NCBI GenBank assembly: GCA_031835245.2
Contig: JAVKOQ020000075.1
Span: forward strand, 62,001-126,000
From: Balamuthia mandrillaris
Taxonomy: Eukaryota
DNA: 64,000 nucleotides
Direction: 5' to 3'
A program made the translations under genes and the position numbers. This document shows, piece by piece, positions 1-10,988 of the stretch. Under the pieces are notes generated by a model. It was given only the letters and a program-made list of their open reading frames with translations, ran no database searches and was not told the origin of the DNA. Each line of letters starts with the position of its first letter. The stretch's first letter is position 1.

Positions 1-74
1 CATCTATTTGGTTTCCGTTCGCAGTTCCCCTTTGTTCATCACGATCTTTTACTCCGCCTTGCTGTGTTTCTCGT

Positions 75-140
<66 letters not shown>

Positions 141-145
141 CCTGC

Positions 146-225
<80 letters not shown>

Positions 226-1107
226 TCTTGCGATTTCCATTGCTCTTGCTCCTGCAGCTCTTGCTCTTGCTCTTGCTCTTGCTCTTGCTCTTGCTCTTGC
301 TCTTGCTCTTGCTCTTGCTCTTGCTCTTGCTCTTGCTCTTGCTCTTGCTCTTGCTCTTGCTCTTGCTCTTCTTGAAGCTGCTGGACTATTCGATGATCAT
401 TATTTTCATGATTTTCTTCTCCGCTTTGTCTCCCTACTCGCTCTTGTCCTTGCTCTTCTGATTCCTCGTGCTCCTTTTTCTTTGGCGTGCCGTGTTTGTT
501 TCCTTTCGTTGTTCCATTTTCTTGTTCTTGCTGATTTTCCTTCTCCATTTGTTTCTCTTTACTGACACTGTCCAATGAAACACCGAACTGTTTGCCATTC
601 TGCGCTTCCGCCGTCTTCATTTTTTGCGTTGAACCATTCAACTTACTTTCGTGTCCAGTTTTAAAAGCAGGACTGAAGCTGGTGGGCGGTCTAGCATAAA
701 ACAAAGAAAGCAACCACTCGCTCAATTAATGTTGTGTCCAAAAAAGGGTGAGCAAAGAAGACGAAAGAAACCTGATAGTGGCCTTAAGTATGGCCGGTAT
801 TGGAGAAACAGGTTGTAGCATGGCAGACCAAGAGTCAAAAGTTCTGGTAGCTGTGGTCTCTGCTTGTTGCATCGGTGAAGTGATCGATGCTTTCTGAAGA
901 CTCGCCTTACGTTGTTGCTGTATGACCTGGGAAAAAAAGTTGAGATCGTAATGAAGCTTCAATGCAAGGAGGTTATCTTGCCTGTGGCACTGGGCTGGAA
1001 AGAACAAAGTCGCTGAATTGTTTGCTGATTTGCTCCTCGTTGCGCTTGTGGGTTTGAGGTGTACTAAAGCCTTGAAGGCGACTGAACTTTGCTTTCGGCG
1101 GGCTTAG

Positions 1108-1151
<44 letters not shown>

Positions 1152-1445
1152 ACGAGATTAGACCATGCAAAAACATAGTGCTATCACCATTGATAAAATG
1201 GAGGATAAGTACAGAGAAGGAGGCGTTTTGGGCAATGAATGCTCAAATGCGGTTGTGCGTTGATGGGAAGAATGAGGAGGCCTCATCTCGCTGGGAAGAG
1301 ACGAGAGGAGCGACAAAGGAGGAGGCGCTCCAGTCACAACAGCGGTTGGGACTTTCTGCACAGACTTTCTGCGCGTGCTCCCGCGAGCTGCAACAGAAAT
1401 CGCACTCCCCTGGGTTCTCCCACCGGCCGGCGCGTCCTGCTCCAT
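1..1445 (-). CDS. Hypothetical multi-exon protein with long EQ/EP dipeptide repeats; runs off the window start
   Basis: Minus ORF 39-725 is acidic and low-complexity with (EQ)n and (EP)n. An intron-type (GA)n tract lies at about 1111-1147. The 5' exon structure is not resolved; candidate ATG at 1445. Confidence 0.4.
77..370. repeat. Hexamer tandem repeats (GCTCCT)n, (GCTCCG)n, (GCTCTT)n
   Basis: Directly visible; they encode EQ/EP repeats on the minus strand. Confidence 0.95.
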
Positions 1446-1632
1446 TTCGCAAAAGGCCACCACTCTCAAAGCGCAGCTGCTACTGCTTTTCTTCTTTGTG
1501 TTGCTTTTCTTATGGAGTTACGTCAGTTTTACCTTTAATAGGGTTAGTTTACGTCATTTATACTTTTTTAGGGTAATGATGACGTCTAGAAATTGGTCCA
1601 AAAGAAAAAGGCAAGAAAACTAGAACGCAAGA

Positions 1633-2428
1633 ATGGCGGTTGGCGCGAAGAGAGGGTATGCGGCGCCGGGATGGATGTTGTTCTGGCTGTATGTCGGTTC
1701 TTTGATCGTTTTGTGGGATGCCAGCTACATACTTTTGCGCCCGCGAACCATGAAAGGAGGTGACTTGGAGACCTTTTGGTATCCCTGTACGCTTTCAGCT
1801 CGTGCTCCTCCTGTTTTCGCCGTAATGAGCAGCCGCTTAGCCTTCTCCTTGTTCTCTTTCTCACTCGCACCGCAGATCAGACCTACATTTTGGCAGACAA
1901 GCGCTACGGAGACCTTAATGACAGCTTTGGCATTGCCCAGTCCTGGTGCGTTTCCGTCCTCATCAACTCCCATCTGGCAGCAACTAATTCTTTATTTGGT
2001 AGGATGAACCTTGTTGAAGTGGCCATTTGCTTCATCGGCTTATTCCAGGTTTGTGCTTGGCCTCCTTTTTCTATCATTCTCTTATCTATCAATACCAGTC
2101 TCACAGAACAAAAAAAAAACACACACAACAGTACCACAAAGGCAACTCTTCTGCACCATTCTACTTCTTCGTGAGCCAACTGATGTGTGGCGCAAAGACC
2201 GTGCTCTACTTCTTGACGGAGGTTTGTAGCGGCTTCGAGTTCACGGGCCATTCCTTGCAACAAGGAGACCACCTCAGGTTCTACACCCAATTTGTGCTGC
2301 CGAGCAGCTTTTGGGTTATCTTTCCCTTGTTGGTGTGCATCAGCATTGGACGTCACTTTATAGGATTGTTGAAGCAATCCTCAGCATCATCATCGCAAAA
2401 CCAGAACAATAGAAAGAAAGTCCAGTGA
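1633..2428 (+). CDS. EXPERA/emopamil-binding-protein-like membrane protein (4 exons)
   Basis: Spliced product: WLYVGSLIVLWDASYILLRP...WYPYQTYILADKRYGD...AQSWMNLVE...KTVLYFLTE...FVLPSSFWVIFP. The D-x-R-Y motif and multiple TM helices are typical of the EBP/EXPERA family. Confidence 0.8.
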
Positions 2429-2475
2429 AGGAAAAGATAGTTTCACCATTGTTGTTGTTGCTGTTTTCAGAATGG

Positions 2476-2648
2476 TTAAAGTTTCAAGGCGAGAAGAGCG
2501 GCTGCTACTTCGGCAGAACACGAGGGTATAATAGGGCATGCTTTGGGATACCGTTGTAACATCTTCGTTTTGAACTTTTGTGCCAACACACTTCCTTCGT
2601 GGGTAAGGTTTCCTCCATGAAGCACCAACTATGATACAGGAAAACGAG

Positions 2649-2686
<38 letters not shown>

Positions 2687-3836
2687 AACGAAAGTTGCTG
2701 ATGCTTAAAAGCAGTTGTGCCAACGTTACCGGAAACCCCTCTGCTCCCAGTCCTAACTTTTTAATAACTGCTTCAGCACTGTTCGCCAATCCCTCGCTCT
2801 GTTGCTCCAAGATTTGCTCTGCCACTGTAACATTACCGTTAGGATGCCCAATTCTCTTCTGTAACAGCAAGAACAAGAATAAAACAAACCAGCATCGCCT
2901 TGTCGCGCGCACTTTGCAGCAAGAGGAGCTAACTTCGCAAAACGTTCCCACTTGGTGTCCTGGTAAGCCCACGGAATAAGTTCCTCCACAGCACTCAAAC
3001 CAAGCTGCAGCAATACAGCTTCAGTTAGCAAGGTGGCTGGAGAAGTGCCATCCTCAGCCCATGTCACTGCCTTAAGGATAGCCTGTCCTATCTGATAGCC
3101 GCCTCCTTCATCTCCCAAAAGGGGTCTTTGGTCGGACGTAAGAGGGGGCATGAAAGCGATAGAAAAGAGAACGATGAAGAGAAGAGAAGAGGAGAGAGAG
3201 AGAGAGAGAGAGAGAACTGAGGCAGAAAGATTGAAACAAGGTACAAACCCCCATCCACTGGCCCTTGCTTTGTTGCCTTCTTTGTTGTAGCCGAGTGCGA
3301 TGCAGCCTGTTCCACTTATCACAACTACGCCAAAAAGCTCCCCGCCAGTCCCGCTGAACATGAAGCGTTTGACGCCGGTCAAACCCGCAAAGCGTGAGGT
3401 GAGGGAATAAGCAGCAGTACCTACCCAGCAAGAGCAGCAACAGCGTCGTTGTGGATGTGGATGGCTGTTGTTGAGTCCACCAAAGGAGCAAGCCACTGCC
3501 TCATCTCTTCTTTGTCCGCTTCTCTGTCTACGCCACTGGCGCCGACACATACCGCCACCACTAAACGGACCACAGCCATTCGTCAAACACCAAGAGATCA
3601 GACAAAATGCCTTCACACAAACCTTGATCTGAGGTGCAGCCCGAATTCTCCAAGGCTAGACGAACGGCCTCCTGCAAGTTGGTCTTTGCCGTCTCAACCC
3701 CAACGCTGTTCTTGTTGGTACAACCGCTGGTGCCTCTGGCTATTACGCTACCATTGGCATCTACACAAACGGCCACAGTCTTGGTGCCGCCGCCATCAAT
3801 TCCAACCCAGGTCTTCCTCCTCCCTTGCTCTTCCAT
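2476..3836 (-). CDS. N-acetylglucosamine kinase-like (BadF/BadG/BcrA/BcrD ATPase family), multi-exon
   Basis: VGIDGGGTKT, VVVISGTGCIALG, ASGWG|PLLGDEGGGYQIG, LVLHGGNL motifs; last exon ends ...AAALLALKL* at 2476. Confidence 0.9.
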
Positions 3837-3860
3837 CTTTGCTTTACTTGCTCACTCACT

Positions 3861-3904
<44 letters not shown>

Positions 3905-3940
3905 ATCGATTTTAGGGGACAGAAAAAAAAAATAAACTTG

Positions 3941-5513
3941 TTACGTGGATGAAGAGAGAGAATTGAGCTGTTGGTCGTATTTGGATGTGGGCAAGGATCG
4001 CTTTTTGCAGAGGGAGATGATGCTCTTTAGCACGTCTCGTTGTAAGTTGGCATCGTTGAAATCTCTAACGATGTCCAGAAGTGCTTCCAAATAGGCCACA
4101 AAGACTTCCTCATCACCTTGTTCCAATCCATATCGCTGCCAATGCAGAGGAAAGGTTAAGAGAAGTAAGGGAGAATAAGGAAAATGGAAGACGATAACGT
4201 ACCTTGATAATTCTCATAGCTTCTGTGGCCACAGTATGAGCAGTTTCAGCACCAGATGTCTCTCTCAAGGCCTTTGTAAGCTGTGCAACGCACATAACGG
4301 TACGTAAGTTCACTGGTTGTTGGGCACTTTCTTGCCTTGCCATATCAAGGTAGCGCCGCAGAGGACCCACCGCCTGTTATTGTCTCCCGCAAAGAAAAGA
4401 AAAGCAGGATAAATAAGAACACAGATGTCTTTTTTTTTTAAAAAAAAGAGTGAAAAAGGGAACAGACCTTCTCGAGCATGCCGAGTTCAGCATAAGAGAG
4501 ACCAAGATAAGCATAGAAGCTAACCTGCAGCTCTGGCAGGAGTGAATGCGCAGCAGCAGTAGAGGCCTCCAATGGCTCCAAAAACTGTATGGTGCCCTTG
4601 AAGTCCTTGCAAGTGAAGCAGAGCTCTCCCAGGAGGGCCACAATGTTGGTCTCCAGAATTTGAGCCTGCGTGGCGGGCTTCGCCTCAGCGACAAGCTGCT
4701 GGAAGCGTGCCAGGAACTGGGAGCCCCTCTGTTGCGAGCTCGTGAGGTGATAGCAGCCGCGCAGCAGGAGAAGGTAGCGGGAGACCAGTGTGAGCTGCAC
4801 TTCGGCCACTTGCCGGGGAGTCTCTATGTACTTGAGGAGGCCCGCCTCAAAGAGAGGGATGGCGTAGGGGGCATTACCTGTGGCATAGTGCAGTAGCGCC
4901 ATCTCGATCTCTATGGGGCCTTCCAGCTCCGAGTGAATGGCCTTGGCTAATGCCAAACTGCTAGAATAACACTGCGTCCAAGTCGAGAAATTACTTTTTT
5001 TGCCTAGAGAACAAGAACAAGAAGAGTGGTATAGTACCTCAAGGGCTTCCTGTGCTTTGGCGACATCAACGCCGGTAGGAGTGACTCCGCTTTGTGCAAG
5101 AAGCGTGCCCATTATGTACAGCAGGTTGATCTGTGAGGGCTTATCCTGCGCAGCGCTGGCCTTTCGCAGCGCATGGACTAGCTCCCCCCACTGCATCGTT
5201 GATGCCATTTGGAGGGTTATGGTTGCTGTGCCAGCGGGAACTCTGGTCTCAGGCTTGGAGCTTTGTGAAGAAGAGAGGGATTGTGTTGGGGGTTAGCGGA
5301 AGAAAGAGAATGTGGCGGTGGCAGCGATCGGCAACAAGAAATACAAAGCGAAAAACGAACGAACTTTGTTGTTGATCGTCGGCTAAGGAAGTAGTAAGCA
5401 GCCAAACCAACGCCCACCACTCCGATGGCCCCCAATGTCACCCATAAGCCTGTTCTGGATGGTGCACCGCCCTGCAGGGGCGCTGTCTTGCCGGCACCCA
5501 TCTTGACGTTCAT
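3941..5513 (-). CDS. Signal-anchored helical-repeat (TPR-like) protein, multi-exon
   Basis: N-terminal TM LWVTLGAIGVVGVGLAAYYFL followed by SRR. TPR-like helices (ALLHYATGNAPYAIPLFEAGL; LLGELCFTCKDFKGTIQFLE; YLGLSYAELGMLEK) across ORFs 4438-5208, 4113-4370 and 3941-4126. Confidence 0.65.
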
Positions 5514-5670
5514 TATTCTCTCTCACTCCCGCCACTCGCCGCAGCACCGCTACTTCTTGTTTTTTCTTTCTTCTAAAATCGCAGTCGACACAAAAAACAG
5601 GCACGGGAGCGTAACCTTGGAATTGGCAGGCTTGTGCAGCAGCTGAGAACGGACATCTGGAAGTGTTGCC

Positions 5671-6328
5671 ATGGGCTCGCCAGCCTTGCAGGTTGCCCTT
5701 GGAACGAGAGGCGTTTGCAATGGAATGGCTGAAGATGGAGCGGCTGAGTGGAGGACCCAACAAGAAGAAGAAGAAGATGAAGAAGAAGAAGAAGAAGAAG
5801 AAGAAGAAGAAGAAGAAGAAGAAGAAGAAGAAGAAGAAGAAGAAGAAGAAGAAGAAGAAGAAGAAGAAGAAGAAGAAGAAGAAGAAGAACAAGAAGAAGA
5901 AGAAGAAGAACAAGAAGAAGAAGAAGAACAAGAAGAAGAAGAAGAACAAGAAGAAGAACAACAAGAGTATGTTGATACAACTTAACGTCGTTCCGCTTCA
6001 CATTCAGCGAGGCAAAACGTTTTTTCTTTTCGTTGCACTTGGGATATCTTCTTCTCTCTCTCTTTCTCTCTGTTTTGCAATCAAGCACCGCTAACACGTC
6101 TTATCTTCGCTGAGATGGAAAAAAGAGGGCCTCCCTTTCCCGTCACGCAAAGATATCGAGAAGAAGCAAGACGCCCTAAGGAAGCTACAAAACTATGTAT
6201 ACACGGAAGTGCGTTGTCTTGCCCATCACAAAGCTTTGGCGGAGAAGAAGGAGCGGCGACACAAACCAGAAGCAGAGGAGGCGGTGGCGCCTTCCTCCCA
6301 TTCATCGGGAGGACACGCGCAACGGTGA
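5671..6328 (+). CDS. Small acidic poly-Glu protein (2 exons, predicted)
   Basis: Exon 1 is the poly-E ORF. GTATGT donor at 5967, CT tract, CTAAC branch motif at about 6091, AG acceptor at 6113-6114. Exon 2 reads EWKKEGLPFPSRKDIEKKQDALRKLQNYVYTEVR...* in frame. Confidence 0.5.
5761..5965 (+). repeat. (GAA)n trinucleotide repeat, about 200 bp, with CAA interruptions
   Basis: Directly visible. Confidence 0.95.
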
Positions 6329-6534
6329 CCAAGTTCTCCCGGTAAAACCCTCCAGAGGGCGGTGTTGCAACCATCCATGAGAGAAGAGGATAGTGTAACG
6401 TACATTTGCGTTGCGCTTCGCGTGGCACTGCTTTCTGTGAAGAACACCTAGCGAGTGGCCTGTTACATGAGGCACACGCAGCAGCGGCGGGGAACATAGT
6501 GTCTACAAAAATAGGCCAGCCTGAGAGGCAACAA

Positions 6535-7234
6535 ATGCAACAAGCAGCGCAAGCAGCCCACCACCGCGCAGCAACCACCGCCACAGCTGCGACGACATGG
6601 TCGGCGGCGGCAAGCAGCACAGCCAGGCCACCGCCTCCCCAATTGGTGCATGTGCAAGCAGCGGCTGGTGTTGCTCCTACAGAAACGGCGCTGTTTGTGG
6701 AGGAGCAGACGGAAGGCGGCTGCAGGGCGGTCCGCTTCAACGAGTGCTTGCATGAGTTGTTGTCATCGGCTGAGGGTCACCGACAGCAACAAACTCGCAA
6801 AGAGGGAGAGAAGGAGGGGAAAGAGGAGTACGGTTTTCCGTTTCCATGGCTGTGGGTAGACTTGTTCGAAGGTCCCGACCAAAAGCTGTACCTGTTCCCT
6901 TCGGCACAGTGTAAGAGGCAACAGCCGCAACTGACCGACTCGCTGCAACCACTCAAAGAGGTTCGGCGTGTGCCTCTTGGACACGCCCCTGACTGTCCAG
7001 GTAACTTTGCTTCTTCTGCTTATTCTTGCTTTCTTTTTTTTTCTTCTGCGTTTTTTTCTCTGACTTGCTCTTCTTTACACTTCAATGCTTTTGGCTGCTT
7101 CAATCTCTAACCTACTGAAACAAAACAGTGAAGATGGCAAAGGCAGCACTATCATCATCGCAACAAAAGAACAAAGAAGTCTTGGTAGGGGTTGTCGTTC
7201 TCATCGAAACCACAGAAGAAAACGGACAAGGTTT

Positions 7235-7278
<44 letters not shown>

Positions 7279-7855
7279 CTTCCTTTCTCACACTTGGCAA
7301 CCATCAGCAAAAGTACTTTTAACAAAACGGCTACCGACAACATCATTGTTTCCATCGCTGTGGGTTCTTCCTGGCGGACACGCTGAGAAAGGAGAGACCT
7401 TATCCCAAACAGGCGTCCGAGAGGTATTGGAAGAGACTGGAGTCAGCATTCCTGAAGAGGACGTAACCCCATTTGGCCTTTGGGAGTCGGTCTATCCATC
7501 AACCTTAGAGGAAGGGCCTCCAACCAGACATCACTTGGTCGTGTTCTACAGAGCTCGCTTACCAATGGCTGCTCATGAGGTTCATCTCCAATTACAACCA
7601 GAAGAAGTTGCAGCAGCAGCTTGGCTCGATAGAGCCACGTTGAAACGCTGGTTCTCGCGCCAACATGGCTTCACGCTTGAGGAAGAAAAAAATGAAAGAG
7701 AAATAGAGGAGAAAGAGGAAGCACAGTTGCTAGCACTTCATCCGTGCTATAGTGCAGATGAGCGAGTCAAGCTGGAAGCGGTTGAAGTGGAGTTGGCAGA
7801 GCAGATAATGGCCATGGGTCACGTCTTCATATTGCACCGGTGGTTGCTCTCCTGA
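6535..7855 (+). CDS. NUDT17: Nudix hydrolase, NUDT17-like (3 exons)
   Basis: VGVVVLIE..|AKVLLTKR...LWVLPGGHAEKGETLSQTGVREVLEETG (Nudix box) and PFGLWESVYP...PTRHHLVVFY, which is characteristic of NUDT17. Introns at about 7001-7128 and 7231-7307. Confidence 0.85.
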
Positions 7856-8113
7856 AAAAAAAATTACCAGCAATTGTGCAAAGGGGTTACCCCGAAGTAA
7901 AGTAAGGTAGAGTTTTTAAGCAATAATTCATTAATTATGATATATCTTAATATAAGCCGTTATGAGATCGTAACTCTGCGTCTTAATTTCAGTGCTACAG
8001 AGAAAGACAAGAGTTTTAAAAAAAAGGACAACTACGGTTATCGAACCCCAACGCTACCACCGGGCAAAGAGGTGTAAATTGTTTTACACACAAAGCAAAC
8101 GACAAACAAAAGA

Positions 8114-10300
8114 ATGAACTACCGGCAGCGACTGAAGAATGGCAGAGAAACGCTGCCCTTCTTCTCTGTGGCTTGTTGCTTGTTGCTGTTAGGGTGGAGT
8201 GCAGACGCTTCGCCGCTCAAGCAAAACCAGAGCAACAAACGAGAGGGCATGCGCTTCGACCTTTCCTCCATTCCCTTGCATCAACACTCTTCAACTTCAC
8301 GCCAACTTAAAGAACGTGTAACAGCACACGACATGTCGTGGATCCCTCAAAATAGGATCTCCACCGACGACTTTGATGGCAGCTTTGCTCCGCACTCAGA
8401 CTATGCTTTCTTTTGGCGACTGGTCGTTGATGAAGAAAGTGGGGAAGAACGGCTGAGAGTGGCAGTTGCAACACGAACTGATGGATGGGTCGGGTTTGGC
8501 ATCAGTGTTAACGGAGGCATGAAAGGAGCTGACATTGTCACATTGACTGAACCTGAAGAAGGTACTACATCTTTCTTCTTTCATCTCCGTTCTCTTTATT
8601 CTTTCTTCTGGTCGTTTCTTTCTTTCAAACTCTTATTCTTATTCTTTTTTCTTTTTCTTTTTTGTGAAAAGGAGAATTCAAGTTAATAGATCGTTTCTCG
8701 ACCGACTTTGAACGACCGAAGGAGGACGACCGTCAAGACGTGGAATTGTTGTCGGCCTCTCGCGAGAACGGAGTCTTGACTTTTGTCTTCGAGCGGCCCA
8801 TACTTAGCTGCGATGAAGAGGACTTTGAGGTGCCGGAGGGGCTTGCCAACGTGTTGTTTGCTTTCGGAGAGAGCGGCACCCGAGCGGATATCTCTTACCA
8901 TGGGTCCAACAGAGGAACTGTTGCCGTTGCGCTTCGTCCTCCTGCTGGCTTCACCTTTGAAGAATTTGGTATTCTTCTTTTATTCATTGTTTATTCTTCT
9001 TTTTCTCTTACATGAACGTTCACCTTGTTAACAGCGAGCAGTTCCTCTTTTGATGCGTCGGAAGTGGACGGATGGTTGGAAGTCCGAACGGAAGAAGTGG
9101 CGATCCCAGCCTCCCGCACCAACTACTACTGTACTGCTATCACTTTTCCTAACGACAAAAAGTACCACGCCATCAAAATAGACCCTATCGTCGATAGCCA
9201 TTTAGTCCACCACATGATCCTATATTCTTGCGTCGCCCCTCAAGACTTTACCGCTGGGGTGCGCCCTTTGTTTTTTCTTCTTTTCTTTCAAACCTTGTGT
9301 TGACATGCAATTACAGCCATGTGCAGGCGCAATGAGGACTGAGTGTGTGAACCCATGGGCTTTATGGGCGGTTGGAAGTCCCGGAGTGATCTACCCAGAA
9401 AACGCCGGCCTCCCGTTTGGCAAAAGGGAGATCATCCATACCATGCTCGAGATTCACTACGACAATCCCAGGGGAGAGGAAGGCCTTGTGGACCGAAGTG
9501 GCTTTAACATTTCGTACACGGAACGCCTCCGTGAATACGATGTCGCCACGTTTTCTTTTGGCCTACTGCCAAGCCCCTTCTTCATGAGTATTCCCCCAGG
9601 TATCTTTTTGTTTTCGAGTCTTACAGTCTTGTTTGCATCTTCTTACGTGCTATTCTGTATTTCTTATCGTCAGGTGAACGAGACTATAGAATATCAGTGA
9701 CCTGTCCTGCCGCCTGCCTAGAAAGATACTTGCCAGAGGATGGTATTACCATCCTCTTCAATGGCCTGCATATGCACAACTTTGGTAGCAGCATCAGGAC
9801 CCAGCATATTCGCCAGGACAAAGAGCTCCAGGCGTTGGCCGACATGAGATACTGGGACTTTAACCATCAAGGGCCTCAGTATGTCTACGGCAGAAAGATT
9901 TATCCTGGGGACTATCTGATCCACCATTGCAATTACAACACTGAACGCGTCTCTGAGCCAGTCTACGGAGGCGAGTCCACCAGCGAAGAAATGTGCTTCA
10001 ATTTCATTCAATACTATCCAAGGTAATGCACAACTCCATCAAACCTGGTGATGAACAGAGAGGCTGAAGATGGCGTTTTGCAGGATGGACCTTTTTGCTT
10101 GCACAGACATCAGTGTGCTGGCACCGGATATGGCTGTATGCGCGAATAACAACAACCTTACTGAACTGCTCAACAACTACGTGGAGTACATGGTGCCCAT
10201 CCAACCGAACGAGTACGAACCAGTGGTACACTCCTGTCTTTTAGGTTCCGACTCTGCAAGTGCTGTCCAACGCCCGTTTCTCTCTCGCTTCTTTCCCTAA
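8114..10300 (+). CDS. DOMON + copper type II ascorbate-dependent monooxygenase (DBH/MOXD1-like), multi-exon
   Basis: Signal-peptide-like N-terminus; DOMON GWVGFGISVNGGMKGADIV and ISYHG; copper ligand motifs VHHMILY, EIHYDNP, HMHNFG, EEMCFNFIQYYP. Confidence 0.9.
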
Positions 10301-10360
10301 AAAATCAATTTTTTAAACAAAGAAAAACGTTCTAATAGTGTTACATTCACTCTGTATTAT

Positions 10361-10945
10361 TTACTCCCACACACAAACAGTTTTGTCCCAACTGCTGCTC
10401 CAAACGCGGCGTTTGCCGTCTTTACAAGGAAACACTTTCAACAAGGTAACGGCATCTTCGTGCTTGCCCTTGAGCACCTGCTTGGCTTCTTTGCTGTGCA
10501 CGTTCCATGAAATGATGGACTTGTCCCAACTACCGCTCAGCACATAGTTGCTGTCAAACTGGGCGAGACAGTAGACCTTTCTCGTGTGCTTGGCTAGCGT
10601 CGTTATTAAACCTGCATCAGAGGAGGACCACACTTTAATCGTACAATCAAGACCGCCAGTCCACATCTCATCAGCGGCAGCGTCTTCTCCTTGTTTTGGG
10701 GCTCCTTCATCTGAACGAGAAACGAATATCATTGACGTGATAGAACGCTGGTGAGCATCGGGTATGCGGTCTACTTGTTGGAATGTGGAAGCATTCCAAC
10801 GAATGATGTCACAGGAGGCGCTCGTCCACACGTAGTTACGGACAGGATCGTGAGCAATCGCAATGACTGCTTTGTCTTTACCGACTTCTGACACCATTTT
10901 ACATGCAAATGTCTGCACACATTCATGTTAATGGCATGAAAGAGT

Positions 10946-10988
<43 letters not shown>

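Noticed and set aside
8..565. Poly-Leu/AP/AL and poly-CS ORFs on the plus strand
   Set aside because: Antisense and alternative-frame readings of the hexamer repeats; the minus EQ frame has natural flanking sequence.
5383..6097. Poly-Phe, poly-Leu and poly-Lys ORFs
   Set aside because: Other-frame readings of the (GAA)n repeat; only the poly-Glu frame has splice support.
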